Source of the DNA: Saprolegnia diclina VS20
Lineage: Eukaryota
Direction: 5' to 3'
DNA: 64,000 nucleotides
NCBI RefSeq assembly: GCF_000281045.1
Contig: NW_008246084.1
Coordinates: 343,769-407,768, forward strand
The stretch's first letter is position 1. Every line of letters begins with the position of its first letter. Shown here one piece after another: positions 22,014 through 34,881 of the stretch. Position numbers and translations under genes: made by a program. The notes beneath the pieces were generated by a model that had not been told where the DNA came from, did not search any database, and was given only the letters and a program-made list of their open reading frames with translations.

Positions 22014-24965
22014 ATGCAAGGGACGCCGAACTCTGTCTTGCTGGCCGCGCCAAGCGCATCGGCGGCGTCGAACGCCAAGGCCATTGGCCTCTTCAGCAAG
22101 ATCACGGCGCGGCGCCTGTCTGGTGGGTCGCCCGCGGCCACGACCAAGCCCCACGTACATGCGTGATGCAGGCAGCGCGCTCATGCCACCATCGTAGGCG
22201 GCACCCAGCGTCGTCGCACGCCTCAACGACAAGGTTGCGCTGGCAGAGACGCACTTTCCCGATTTTTTCGAGAACGTCAAGCGTACGATTTGCCCTGCCT
22301 GCACCTTGTTGGCTGATAGCAACTGCAGAAGCAAGTACGACCAAGCGCGCCCAAGGCGCGGCCCCGCGAAGTGCCAACGCGAGTGTGCATCTGGGTGCAG
22401 TGCCCAAGTGGAGCACCAACAACGAACCGTCACAGCAGCCAACGACCGCCCGCGTCCACTCCTCGGTGCGCAAGCTCAACGCGGACAAGAGCACGTCACG
22501 ATCCGTACGTCGAACGAGCTGTACATGCAACAGCAGTTGAGCGGAATCCTAGTGGAAAGACGTCAAGGCGACGCCCGAACCAACGCCGATCAAGCCGCTC
22601 GCGGCCAGCCTCCCGGAGCGCCCGTCGACCGCCGGACAGGTATCGTACTCGTTGGTGCAGACTCACTACAACGAGGTAGCTTAACTCGAACAACCGCGAG
22701 TCCGACCCGTCGCTCTCGTCGCTGAAAGGCTACGTGCGGTACCGTCTATAAGCGTCATACCTCCCGTCACCACAAAATGTGTAGTGCGGCGCACGAGAAG
22801 CTCCACCCGTCAGCCTCGACCGTACGCCATGTCACATTCCCAGGACATCTTGCGAGCGAGCGTAGATGCCAGGCAAACCGTGCGCCGACTTTGTGCGGCA
22901 ACCGGCGCCCAAGCAGCTGCGGCCGACGGCGTTCGAAGCCACCAAATCGCCGTTCAAACAAGACATGCGACCGTCCTCGTCGCAAGGCCACGCGCTCGTC
23001 CCGTCGACCGAGAAGACCGAATCCACCGAATCCGATATTTGCTTTGCCGAGACGCCCGACATTCCCGGTGTTCCTGTCGTTTATCGGAGTCAAAAAGCGC
23101 GGCTGAGCGACCCGGAGCGCCTCAACCTCGACCGGCGTTCGCTCAAGGTACACGCCGCGTCCCGCCTTCTCCAGTGGAGACAACGGTATTGTCATGACAG
23201 GTGATCCCGCTCCTCGAGGGCGAGCACATGCTGCGGCTGCTCAACCTCCAAAACAACCTTATCAGCAGCATTGACAACCTCCACGGCCTCCCAAGCCTCA
23301 TTTTCCTCGACTTGTACAACAACCAGATCGAGGTACGAGTACCTCGAGGGATGTTTGCGTCACCAAGTCCTTTCGTAGTCGATCGACCACTTGCATGTCG
23401 TGCCGAATCTGCGCGTTCTGATGCTCGGGAAGAACAAACTCAAGCGCATCCAGCACCTCGACTGCCTCGTCAAGCTCGATGTGCTCGACCTCCACAGGTG
23501 CCGCCCTGCAACGCCTCTCGGGTCCTCATTTGGTATCCTCAGCAACGAGATTGAGACCATCAGCGCACTCGACCGCCTCGTCGAGCTACGCGTGCTCAAC
23601 CTCGCCGGCAACCGAATCCGTGTCCTTGAAAACATTGCCGGCTTGTCGCTTCTCACAGAACTCAACTTGCGCCGCAACGCGATTGCACAGATCTCACCGC
23701 ATCTGGGCAAACTCCCCGCGCTCCAACGCCTCTTCCTTTCCAACAACCGCCTCGAGACGAAGGAGAGCATCCTCCCACTCTTCCAGGTACTGCCTTTTCG
23801 TATCCGAGCTTGGGACGGAACCAACTGTAGCTCACGGCGCTGACCGAGCTCCGGCTCGACGGCAACCTCTTCAACAGCAGTGACAGCGCCGAGTACCGGC
23901 CGCTGCTCATCCAAAATTTTGTGTCGTTGCGCAACCTCGATCTCAAAGTCGTGACGGACGACGAGCGGCGCGACGCGTTCAGCATGACTCAACGGGCCAC
24001 CGAGAAACGAAGGGAGCAGCAGCGCGAAGAGAACCAAGTAATGTACCTCACGTTGCTCTACTCTCAACTCTCTGGCGTAGGAGGCGCAGCGTATCCGTGC
24101 CATCACGGCGGTACGGAAAAAGTGGGAAGAGCGATTTGACGCTCAAGACGGCGGCATCGACCCGTGGCAACGACCCGCGTCGTCGTCGGCGTCGTGCTCG
24201 AGTCTAGCAAAAGCTCCGGCGCCCGCGATTCAGATTGGGTTTTCCGAAGTCGAAGTGTCGGAAGAAGCGCGGACGCTGTATATCTATGGCGACGCGCTCG
24301 AAGCGCTCGAGTCGCCCAAGATCCACAACATTGTGACCACGATCGTCTTCAAGTACATTCCGATTTCAGTTGTCGTCAGCGCCGTGGCCCAGAGCGGGTA
24401 CCTTCGCGCGTTTGCAGCACTGCGTCGCATCGAGCTTGCTTGCAACCAGATCACGACGCTCGACCAGCTGCAGTGGATATCGCACCTCGGGGCGCGCGCC
24501 GAGGAGCTCGTCGTCAGTCAAAACCCCGTGAGCCACATGCGACTGCTCCGGCCGTACGTCGCCCAAACGCTCAAGAACGTTCTGATCTTGAACGATCTCA
24601 AGCTCACTGCCGACGACCAGCGCGGTGGTGCCCACTTTTTCGAGGCGGCGCCCATGGCCGAGAAGCCGCGCAAACCGGCGGTCGATCGAAGTTCCGCCGC
24701 GACGCTCGCCGCGTGCCTCCGTGGCATTGGCAAGCAAGAAAAGCATCTCAAGGTACTTCTGCGTCCGCTATGTTGTCCTTAGATCATTGTTGATTTCTAA
24801 TTGCCGATTGTAGCTGCTCAATGCCGAGTGGGCCACCCTCGTCCACGCCGTCATCAAGGTACGTTCTTGAAGCCGCCATTTTCGATGGCATTCTCCTAGG
24901 ATACGTTGGAAGAGATTCAAGACATGGACACGTATATGGCCAAGTGCTTGGAGCGCATGGAGTAG
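22014..24965 (+). CDS. LRRC49: Leucine-rich repeat protein, LRRC49-like (5' end uncertain)
   Basis: IPGVPVVYRS..PERLNLDRR, LEGEHMLRLLNLQNN, LIFLDLYNNQIE, LRVLMLGKNKLKRI, LDVLDLH, TLYIYGDALE; many short introns; last exon ends TAG 24965. Confidence 0.75.
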
Positions 24966-25036
24966 TCCTATCGTAGTTGGTGTTCTTGTTGATGTGGTTG
25001 TTAGTACTTAGTTGATGATGATAAGCGCGCTTCTAT

Positions 25037-25356
25037 TTACGCTTCGTCCATGGCGTTCTCGTCCTCGTCCTTGACGCCTTCCTTTTCTTGGCGCGCCTTG
25101 ATGCGGCGGGCGACCTTGGACGACACCTTCTTCTCGACCGTCTTCTTTTGCTTGGCGATGCGCTAGCACAAGCAGCGATGAGCGTCGATAATACAATCGC
25201 TTGTAGTACGTGTTCGCGCTTCTTGAGCAGCTTTTCCTTGGCCTCCTTGGCGCGGCGAACCTGCAAGTAGAGCGTGCGCCGCCGTCGGTTGGATCAGCAT
25301 CGTACCTCGAGGTCGTGCTGCGACTGCACGATGCTGCGCTTCTGCTTGCGGGACAT
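25037..25356 (-). CDS. Small lysine/arginine-rich protein (3 exons)
   Basis: MSRKQKRSIVQSQHDLE|VRRAKEAKEKLLKKREH|RIAKQKKTVEKK...AMDEA*, with two clean phase-0 GT-AG introns. Confidence 0.7.
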
Positions 25357-27319
25357 GTTGCTTGGGCGAGTGGGCGATTTACCGGAACTGCGAAGGATTG
25401 GTGCTCGGATATATTTATGAAAACCTCTGAAAACGGATGCGACCAGCTCAAAGGCTATTCACACGCTACAATTCCGCGGTGTGACGCAGCCGAATGGTGG
25501 AGAAGAGTACCGATGCAGCTCGTCTCGCGGAGGGTCCGACCTTGTGCGAATGTTGAAAGTGTTGCAGATGTCACGGAGAACGGCGCGGGGTCCAGTTGAC
25601 GGCGTTGGTCTTGCCGGCGCGTAAATGGCGTGCGTTTAGTTGGATTATATAGATCTTGACAGGTGCTTATTTGATAACCTTTCTAAATGAATAATTGGTA
25701 AAAGCGAATCGTTGGGATAACCTCTGTTTGTAGAGTATATATGTATTGTGAAAGGTTTGGAGCGGAACGACCCACACTTGGATACAACCAGATGTTGTAG
25801 ACTCAGATCCTCAAATGGACGGCGGTGGGAGAGCAGTTGGCACCGCGTGAGAAAGTGATTCGGGACATTCATCCAGAACTTGCATCAAGTTGCAGAGAAT
25901 ACCGCGGTACACCCGAAGCGCACTGAAAAGAAAAAACATCGCAGCCCCAGCCACCAGAAGGTGGCAACGATGCACAACCCGGCTTTTTCAAAAGTACAAG
26001 CCCATGTGGGCATGGCGACCGCACGGTGACGCAGCAGACGCATGCTTTGTACATGTATCCGAACTGTCAATGCTACGACAATGCAGTACAGTTCGTTCCA
26101 GACTCATACAAAGAAAGGCGCGTGACATAGTGTCCTACGATCCCTGTTCGACTCAGACGCGCAGTACACCCGGTATACGCATTGACGCACGCATTGTGCG
26201 TCGACTCAGACGCGCAGAGCCATTACACGAGTATTAGTCGTGTTGTAAACGGGTAGGAGAGCGCAATTACGTCCTATCAACGTCAACCAAAGCATGCCAA
26301 AGATACCGGCGTAGCGCTACGCCCAAAACAAATCACCCTGCTAAACTGTCACGAAAGCGCACGAGCCGCTGCGCATGGCGCCCAAGACGTTTCTCAAGCG
26401 TGCAACGAACGACTGCACGATCATCCTACTCCTCGAGGTCATGGAATGCAAGCGCAAATCACTTGCGTTTGACGTACCCGCTCGAAAAGAAGCCCACGCA
26501 CTGGACTTGTAATGCCCCTTCTATCGTTCGCCTACGGTATTACCGATGACCGGTCATAGGCTCAGTCAGATACGTGGCATCGAAGCCAACGTCCAGCGAC
26601 CGCAAATCCGACATTGCTGCTTGTTACGGCATCGACATCTGCATTCGACGCATCCGTTGGTTCTCGGCAACCAACGGGTTGGAACAAGATGTGCCGTTGG
26701 ACAGGGCACCGACTATACCCCGCAACCATTACCTCGCGCATCGCGCCTTGCACGAGCTCGCGCTGACCGCAAGGAAACAAATAGCTACACCCTGCGCCCC
26801 TTGAGCAATTCAGCGTCGCACTTGGCTCACGCCCGATGACGGCCGAGTGCTTGGTTTCTCAGTGTATGTGCAGAGTGACTCACGCGTGAGCAATGCCGCC
26901 CATAGTCGGTGGGTAATAAAACCCATTCGCGTAATAAAATTCACGACCCCCTGTCCTACGCACGCATTCGTTCGACCGACAAGAACGGCGCGAGAGATGA
27001 AATAACTGCACACAATGTCAAGACAAAAATATTAATTCCAAAGCGCATCCAGGATAGAAAGCCGCACAGATCGAGATACGGTAGCGGTAAATGAAATGGG
27101 CTCTGACTTGAGGAAGAGTGGGACACAATCGCGTCAAACGCGTTTTATCCCATCTTGTCATTAGGTGCCGTCACGCTCGCCGTCCCCAGGCGGTCGCGAG
27201 CAACAAGCGAAGGGTCCGTAACGCAGACAGCGATATTCTACACCTTGGGAACGAAGACGTGTGTCACGCCCACGTGGTGCGCATGTCGCGATCGACTGGT
27301 TCAATCTCTCTTCACTTTG

Positions 27320-27335
27320 CCATTTCCGAATTTGC
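27320..27335 (+). promoter_or_regulatory. Oomycete Inr+FPR-like core promoter
   Basis: CCATTTCCGAATTTGC ends 18 nt upstream of ATG 27353 and fits YCAYTYY-NNN-WTTTNC. Confidence 0.6.
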
Positions 27336-27352
27336 CACCGACGAGCGACATC

Positions 27353-27721
27353 ATGATGCTGTGCCCCTCGAACGAGTCGATGCCGCGGTACTCGATTGCC
27401 TTCCAAGAGCCGACAGCCACCAAGTTTTCGTCGCGGTACGCTGACTACCACGAGGAGTGCATCACCGAGTACTACCGCCAAGAGTGCCTCCTCGCCTTCT
27501 ATCGGCTTCAAAACACCACCGAGCGCCCGCGGAAGAAGCGCAAGCGCCGCTGCGTCACGTTTGCTGACGTTCCCGAGATTGTCGGCGTTGCTGACGCGTC
27601 CGTGGACCGCGACCCTGTCCCGACCGCGCGCATCTCGCGGGACGAGATGAAGCAACTGCTCGACGAGCGGGTGTTTCCGTCGTCCGCCAAGCGGCCGCGC
27701 ACGACGATGCTGTACCATTAA
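27353..27721 (+). CDS. Small protein with basic patch and RVxF-like motif
   Basis: 122-aa ORF behind an Inr/FPR; contains RPRKKRKRRCVTFADVPEIVGVADASVDRDP. Confidence 0.7.
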   Translation: MMLCPSNESMPRYSIAFQEPTATKFSSRYADYHEECITEYYRQECLLAFYRLQNTTERPRKKRKRRCVTFADVPEIVGVADASVDRDPVPTARISRDEMKQLLDERVFPSSAKRPRTTMLYH

Positions 27722-27797
27722 ACGACCCCGTACATTAGAAGCCCATACTGTTAGGAAATATTACTATTATAGTCCTCGACGACAACAATATACACCA

Positions 27798-29113
27798 TTA
27801 GTTTAGCAAATTGCATCGTTCAATTCTTAGGAAATGCAGCAGCAGTCGCCCGTGCACGACGAAGTCGGCGGCGTGGTCTAGACAGGAAATAGAGTAAGAT
27901 ACCAGCGCCGTCGGGTCTCTTACGAAGCGCGCAACGGCGCCCGAGAGCACGTCGTGGTCACGCAGCAAGATCATGGAGCTTTGCAGAGGCAGCGGCGGCG
28001 TCGGAAGGTCGCTAATGGTTCGATAATACCCCGTGAGTGTAATGAAGAGCACGCACATCTCAATCGTTCCGAGCGCCAAGGTCTCTACGGCACTGCAGGC
28101 CATTAGTCCCTGCGCGACCAACGGTCTTTCGTACGGTAGTGTCGGTTCTATTTGCTCGACGACCGCTGCAGTTGGGGGTGCAGTGATTGAAGCAACGTCC
28201 ACAAGTGGCGCTTCACTCGTCGCCTCTAGAACTTGGGGCGCACTGATTGGGGGCGATGCCGTGGCAGAAGCCGCGTCGAGCTCGTGCAGGCGCGACCGCA
28301 CACTGTCGAGTTCTACACTTGTATAAGGGATAGGCCATCATAAGCAACGCACCGAGCTTGACGCGCAAGAGTTCGTTGCGCGCGGCGTCTTGCTTCAGCT
28401 GAAGCCCCGCACGCACGTCGCGGGGGTCAGTCCAGACGCCGTTGACGACGCACTCGTCACAGACGCGGTGGGCGTGGAGGAGACCGTACACAGGGCGTCG
28501 GGACTTGGCGCAGTGCGAGCACACGACGTTCCCACAGCTCTACGCGACTCATGACTCCTTCCATTCGATTCGAGTGCGCTGTACGCGGCAGTGGTGGCGG
28601 CGAAAGAAAAAGCCAAACGATGTCTGGCACACCATGCACGCTGCCACGTCATAGTCGTGAACCCACGTCACGTCGTACGACTCGAGCGGCTAGCACCACG
28701 AATGACGACGATAGGTAGAGCAGGGGACGATGTACGTTGCGTTCAGCGAGCGGCGCCGAGAGGTGCAGCATCGCATCGTCGTCGTCCTGTGTTTGGTAGC
28801 TTGCGTTCGAGAGGCGCCGGCGTGACGTTGGCGGGTTGGGCGGACTTGTGATCGCATTGGGCGGGCTTGTGATCGCATTGGGCGGGAGTGTGTGCGGGCG
28901 ACAGCTCACGCAGCGCGCGCCTTGGCGGTCCTGGTAGCTCAGGCTTTTGGGCGGCGACGACAGCGAGAGGTTGCGGAGGTGCTTGGCGGGCTGCAAAAAC
29001 GGTTGAATGGGAAGTGGAATGTCGGCAGACCGGCGACGGACGTGCAGCGTCCCTCGCGTGCTCGGCTTAATCTCGAGCACGCTGGGCGCACGCAGCTTGG
29101 ATGCGTTGACCAT
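27798..29113 (-). CDS. FYVE zinc-finger protein (paralog A)
   Basis: Spliced WVHDYDVAACMVCQTSFGFFFRRHHCR|SCGNVVCSHC...RVCDEC; PPNAITS tandem repeat in the N-terminal part. Confidence 0.8.
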
Positions 29114-29483
29114 GGCGATCTTCTCGAAATGGCAACCAACGCACGCTCAAAACCGCCACCGCCAACAGCAACCGACGCCGAACAAACCCAGCACATGCAT
29201 TTTCGAGCAATTAGCCGACGAGAGGCATCGAGCTATCGTCTTCTGAAGTCGTCATCCACCAGTAAACTGCGACGACGGCGACGCGGGCGTGCCAGGGTGG
29301 GCGAGCTCGGCGGCAGCAGACGACGCCAAGCACGAGTGCAGCGAGGAGGCGATTCTTGCGTCGCCTACGCGAGAAGAATACAATCATTCATCGTCCTCTA
29401 AGCACAGAATGGTGGTGCAGTGCGAAATTTCCAGTGTACCAAAGCGAGGCTGCGACGCGCCTAGCCAAAAATTAGCTCAAATT

Positions 29484-30365
29484 TTACAGGGCGTCGTGCA
29501 TCGCTACACGTGGTGCGTACGTCGCAGGCGGACAAGTCGGGCCAGTGTCATTTGCTGCCGCCGCTTGCTGCTTGGGTACGTTGTGGCGTCGGTCGGGTTC
29601 TGAGTTCGGCTGTCGGGCGCTGTCGACGACGATCGCGTCACCTATTCTTGGTTCTGCGTCGGGCTGCATGGAGGCTTCGATCGACTTGATGCGCAGTGGC
29701 AGCGCTGGCTCGAGGCTGGATATGTCTTCAATGGGTGCGATCTCACTGCAGACCTGCATGACACACTCTGTGACCAACGCTACGAAGACGCACCTTGCCA
29801 GTACGGTACGGGCACCTCCCACTCGTGTGACCTCACACTCCCACTGCGAAAGCGGGAGGAAGACGCCATCCTCGTCCACGGCCTCACGCCATTTCTCGTC
29901 CGCACAGCTGGACGCACTGTCAGCGCTCTCGTCGCTGCTGTAGGCCTCGTCGTCTTGGCTACCGTCCTCGTCCTGCTCCAGCTTCTCGAGAGCCCGACGG
30001 GCCACAGGGTCGACCCAGACGCCGTTGGACAAACATGCGTCACACACGCGCTCAAGCCCAAGAAGCCCGTAGACCTCCCGTCGGGCCACGGCGCACTCTG
30101 CGCAGACGATGTGACCACAACCCTAGATCGACAACATTGCATCGGCTGCTGCACGCCGCAAGCTCGTACGCGGCAGTGGTGGCGGCGCACAAAGAAGCCA
30201 AATGCGGTTGCGCACAGCGCGCACGCGTGCACGTCCTCGTCGCGGACCCAGTCGACGGCATACGCCTCGCCGGGCTACGTGTATATGACAAGATTGGTGG
30301 CGATCTGCAGCACATCCTTATCGATGCACCTTGAGGTCAATCGCGTCGAGCAACGTCGGACGCAT
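29484..30365 (-). CDS. FYVE zinc-finger protein (paralog B)
   Basis: MRPTLLDAIDLK|PGEAYAVDWVRDEDVHACALCATAFGFFVRRHHCR|GCGHIVCAEC...RVCDAC. Confidence 0.8.
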
Positions 30366-31082
30366 GCAATGTCGCGGTCGTTTTACGTTGAAACGCCTGT
30401 ACACCGTACTACGACGGTCCGCGGTGTACCGTACGCAGGATGGACCGCAAGACGATACACGTCCGAGGAAGCCGCGTTGTATCGTTACATCTACGGGTAT
30501 CTTGCATGCGTCAAAGCAGTATCCGATCGGACGACGTCGCACAGTGGCGTCCCGTGGCGACCGCATGGACTGGCGCGCGTTAAGGGCAGAGAAGTCCGGG
30601 CCCATGCGCCGGCTCGGTTCGCCGCCCGCGCTGGCGTGTGCCGCCTCCGCCGTCGCTCCTCCTCTGCTTCAATCCCACACGCCGCGTGACACCGCCGCGT
30701 ACACGGCAACGTCCCAAGCCGGCCACGCGTTACCGCGTCCGTCGGCAAGCAAGAAGATCGCCATCGTCAAGTGCAAAGTCGTCGCTTTTGGGCGGCGATG
30801 CACCGTGGCCCGAGGCCAAGACGAGACAGCGTCGTAAAAAAGAACCCGATACAAACATCAAGTGAAAGGGTGTGATTTAAAAAAGAAAGGCACGATACAT
30901 GGCCACTCGTGTCCGGGGGGAAATCCACTTGCGGTTTGTATACGCGGGCCTAATAGCCACTCAGCGTGAAGCGCTTGCGTGACACGGTGGCATATGCTAC
31001 TCTTGGGTTTTGTATGCCATCGCGGACGTTTCACTTTGCATTTGGCCGCACGCCATCGTATTGCAGCAATAAGAACGTAGTG

Positions 31083-33188
31083 ATGGACGAGCACATGGAC
31101 GGCAAGCCAAAGCGCAAGGCAGCGTCCAAGGCCAAGGCGCCGGCGCCAAAGCGCGCCAAGATCAAGAACCCGCTGCCCGTTCAAGTCAGCGACAGCCCGC
31201 CGCTGCCGATTGACACCGACCTCTCGGGGCAAACGTGCTCGTACCACGAATGCGGGAACCGCGCCAAGGTGGTCCAGAGCTTTGGTATTTTTTGTAATCG
31301 CCACGCGGTCGTGTTTCCGTGTGGCTTTCCTGGCTGCCGTGAGAAGGCGCCAACGAACGGCACCCGCTGTGCCAAGCACGAGCACCACAAACTCGGCCTC
31401 GACGAAGCGCTCTCGGCGCGCTCGCAGAGCATCCCGGTGTGCCGCACGACCGGCTGCTTCAAGAACGACCAAGGGCGAGGCTACTGCCGCGGCCACGAGA
31501 AGCTCATGATGGCGACGGGCCAGCTCCCGCACGCGATCAACAAGCGCCGTCTCAACAGCGCGTACACCATGTGCTGCTACCCCAACTGCAACAAGCACTC
31601 GCAGCGTAACCACTTGTGCCGCATCCACGGCAACGAGCTCATCAAGCAAGCCCAAGCCTTTGCGCAGCAGTCGACAAACGAGTCGTTCGACGTCGTTTTG
31701 CAGCGTCTCCAGCGCGAGCTGCGCCGCTGCACGCACCCGGGCTGCGAGAAGAACGCGCAGCGCGACCGCCTCTGCACCACGCACTTCCACATGAAGGACA
31801 CGGCCGAGAAAGGGTTGCCAAAGACCGACTTGGACAACTTGACGGCCAAGGACAAGGTGCTCAAGTTTTGCTCGGACGACAAATGCACGCAGCCCGTGTA
31901 CTGCAATTGGCTCTGCAAGCAACACTACGAGCAAAAAGAAAAGAAGGGCAAGCACGCGCACAACAACAACAACGCGCACCAGAAACAACCCGCGCCCAAG
32001 AAGAAGCCAGCGCCAGCCAAGAAGTCGGCGCTGAACGACGACCTCTTCCAGCTCACGCCGCCGCTGACGGCCCAAGCCGCCTCGATGGTCGAGCTCTTGT
32101 ACCCTCCTACGAACAGCAGCACGGCGGCCAACTCAATCCACCCGACGAGCCACAACAGCACCAGCCACAACAGCCACAACGCAAGTGGCATGAAGGACAC
32201 ACCCGTCGAGATGACCCAGCTGCACCTGGACGAGCCGGCGTCGTATGGCCACAAGAAGGATATCGAGTACCGCCACGATACGCACAAGCCGCCGCCCCAC
32301 AGCACGTCCATGAGCTTCCAGCAGCACAACTCGTTTGCGCGGCCGACGTACGCGCCGCGGTACACCAACGCCATGGGCTACGACTACCTGCCTACGCAGC
32401 ACGCCGTCAACAATGACAACCAGAGTTTCAACGTCCAAGAGTACGGCCGGCACTACCCGACGCTGCTGCCACCGTCGACGCGCCTCTGCGCGAGCGCCGG
32501 CTGCAACCGCGACGTCTCGTCGAGCGGCAAGAGCATGTGCGACGTCTGCCTCAGCGTGCTCACGCAAGTGCACGCGTTTTCACCGACGATCCATCCGTTC
32601 GGGACGCACACGCCGTCGTACGAGCCGAGTAGCCACAAGCCGAGCTCGACGAGCTACGCGTCGTGGCCCCAGACTCCGTACTTTTACGCCGCCATGGACA
32701 AGAACGACTACTACAAGCCCAAGGCGGCGTGTCGCTTCCGCGGCTGCACGCACAGCACCAAGCTCGACGCTGCAGTCTGCGCCGAGCATAGCCAAGCGAC
32801 GTTTTGTACGGCGGCCGCGTGCGAAGAGGTGCTGCCGTCGCCCGGTCTCTGCGGACTCCACGCGATGGATAACCAGTGCTGCTACGACAACTGCGCACAG
32901 AGCCGCCTCTCGCAGGTCGCGTGCGTCGAGCACGAAATGGCCTCGCAGTGCACGCATCACCAGTGCGCCAAGTTTGCGGCCAAAGGCCACAGCGTCTGCT
33001 CGTTGCATCTCAAGAGCGTTGGCAGCTGCAAGCTCTGCCTTGTGTACGATGTGCCGTGCGCGGTGCCCTCGGCGATGGCGACCGGCGTCGGCAACCCCAA
33101 CACCAACGAGAACGTCGCGATGCTGCACCACAACCACAATTCGCTGCACAGCAATGCGCACGTGTCCGGTCACAAACTGTCTTTCTAG
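31083..33188 (+). CDS. Cys/His-repeat (CxxxGC...CxxH, WRKY19-like zinc-finger) protein
   Basis: Intronless ORF with more than 10 repeats such as CRTTGCFKNDQGRGYCRGH and CTHPGCEKNAQRDRLCTTH. Confidence 0.82.
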   Translation: MDEHMDGKPKRKAASKAKAPAPKRAKIKNPLPVQVSDSPPLPIDTDLSGQTCSYHECGNRAKVVQSFGIFCNRHAVVFPCGFPGCREKAPTNGTRCAKHEHHKLGLDEALSARSQSIPVCRTTGCFKNDQGRGYCRGHEKLMMATGQLPHAINKRRLNSAYTMCCYPNCNKHSQRNHLCRIHGNELIKQAQAFAQQSTNESFDVVLQRLQRELRRCTHPGCEKNAQRDRLCTTHFHMKDTAEKGLPKTDLDNLTAKDKVLKFCSDDKCTQPVYCNWLCKQHYEQKEKKGKHAHNNNNAHQKQPAPKKKPAPAKKSALNDDLFQLTPPLTAQAASMVELLYPPTNSSTAANSIHPTSHNSTSHNSHNASGMKDTPVEMTQLHLDEPASYGHKKDIEYRHDTHKPPPHSTSMSFQQHNSFARPTYAPRYTNAMGYDYLPTQHAVNNDNQSFNVQEYGRHYPTLLPPSTRLCASAGCNRDVSSSGKSMCDVCLSVLTQVHAFSPTIHPFGTHTPSYEPSSHKPSSTSYASWPQTPYFYAAMDKNDYYKPKAACRFRGCTHSTKLDAAVCAEHSQATFCTAAACEEVLPSPGLCGLHAMDNQCCYDNCAQSRLSQVACVEHEMASQCTHHQCAKFAAKGHSVCSLHLKSVGSCKLCLVYDVPCAVPSAMATGVGNPNTNENVAMLHHNHNSLHSNAHVSGHKLSF

Positions 33189-33338
33189 TCGCGTGTCGTG
33201 TTTGCCATGAATCCTAATCCCGAGCCGTTTTGATGTGTATTGTCCGCAGTTTTTTGTTATTTTGGACTTGAATCGTCCAGATTGCACTTTGGCGACTGCG
33301 TCATCAGTGTACGTTCTTAGGTTGTCTTATTCATCGCC

Positions 33339-34881
33339 TTAGCGCAGCACCGAGTGCCCAAAGAGAAATCGCGCAATGTGCAAGTACGTTGGCTTGAAGT
33401 GCGTCGACGGACTCGACATGATGCACGCCATCGAGAGACAAAACACGAGCACCTAGATCCCGATACCTTGATACATTGATACCACATGGAGACCACGTAC
33501 CTCGGCGTGTTTGATGCGCAGCGCGCGCACGAGTGGCTTGTGCTTCAGGACGGTCCAGATGATCTCGAGACCCCGGGCAGCGCAGTAGAGCATGAGCTCG
33601 ATCCGGCGTTTGGGGTCTTCAAAGAAGAGACTGAGGCCCGAGAGACTGCCGGCGATGAGGCCTGTGACGCCATAGTCGCGATGGCAGATATTGCGCGGAA
33701 TGCAAATCGCGAGCTTGACAATGCTTTGGTACGACGAGAGGAACGCCGACGAGCGCAATGTGGCATACGCCACGTGCAAGACGGACGCGATCGGCGCGGT
33801 CTGGAGCTTCTGGGAGCGGAAGAGCACGAACGGGATCGCGTGCACGGGTAGGTAGACCTTGGACGCGCGAACCATGCCACCCGAGACCAAGTCTTTGACC
33901 GAGTGCGTGAGGCACGACTCTCTACACGGTGATCCAAATCATCGAAAAGAGCACAATGGCGTACAAATGAAAGTGGGGCTGGCACGGCCGGAACGGGATG
34001 AGCGCGCCGGTGGTATCGTTTGTATCGCTGCGCCAGCGCTGGCGGATAGCGTAGTCGACGCCGCCGTGCGTCATGTTGCCGAGTTGCAGGATCCAGTGGT
34101 AGTACCCCTAACATCGCTGGTTCGTCGTTGCATGTCGCATGTCGACAGACGCGCGTCATACCTTGGGCAGCAGCTCGGGCTGGAAGAGCGCGCCATAGAC
34201 GATCGGCGCGTTGCACAAGCCAAAGAGGATCTCGGTCATGTACTTGACAGGTACGTGGCACGTGTTTTGAAGAAATTTCTTGGGCTCTTCGGCGTGCCGG
34301 AGCACAATGTCGAGCATGCGGATAAAGATGTAGAGCGAGATGACGGGACGGCGCGACGGTGCGTCGACAAGGAGGCTCAGCCCGCAGACAGCGCCTGCGA
34401 TCGCCTTGTTGATGCGGTCGTCGTGGTGCACGCCGCGTACGTGGTTGACAACCACCTCGGCGGCACGGTACGAGCCGACCATCGTGCCGACAAAGAGCCC
34501 AAACCGGATCGAGTCGGCTTTCGAGAGCAGCCGGAGTGCGTCGGCGTACGACGCTGTGTTCATGCCCCACTTGCGCGACGCGAGGAGGAGCGCGGTTGCT
34601 GCTTTGGCGCCGTACGCATAGAGAAACGCACGCAACGCCGCCTTGAGCGCGCGCTTTAGCTGCGCAACCTCGGACTTTTCGTACTCGAGGCGCTCGAGCC
34701 GCGCCTTGGCCTCGCGCTCCTTGGCGTCCTTGCGCTCGAGCAGGTGGTTGTGCTTCTCGAGCACGGCCGGCGTCAGCGTCAGCGGCTCGGAGGATGGCAG
34801 CTCGAAGAAGCTCGAGTGGTTGCGCAGGATCGTCGTCCGCGCGCTGGGCTCGCCAAACACGGCCGAGTACACGCGCTCCAT
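33339..34881 (-). CDS. TMEM135-like membrane protein
   Basis: SIRFGLFVG, AIAGAVCGLSLL, YLPVHAIP, RSSAFLSSY, GLSLFFEDPKRRIELMLYC; introns restore the frame to TAA 33339. Confidence 0.82.

Noticed and set aside
26148..26217. 17-bp direct repeat TCGACTCAGACGCGCAG (26148, 26201) with a 36-nt spacer
   Set aside because: Only two copies in a eukaryotic context with no cas genes. It is not a CRISPR array and is probably a small local duplication.
28838..28885. 21-bp tandem repeat
   Set aside because: Simple in-frame slippage (PPNAITS x2) in a disordered coding region.
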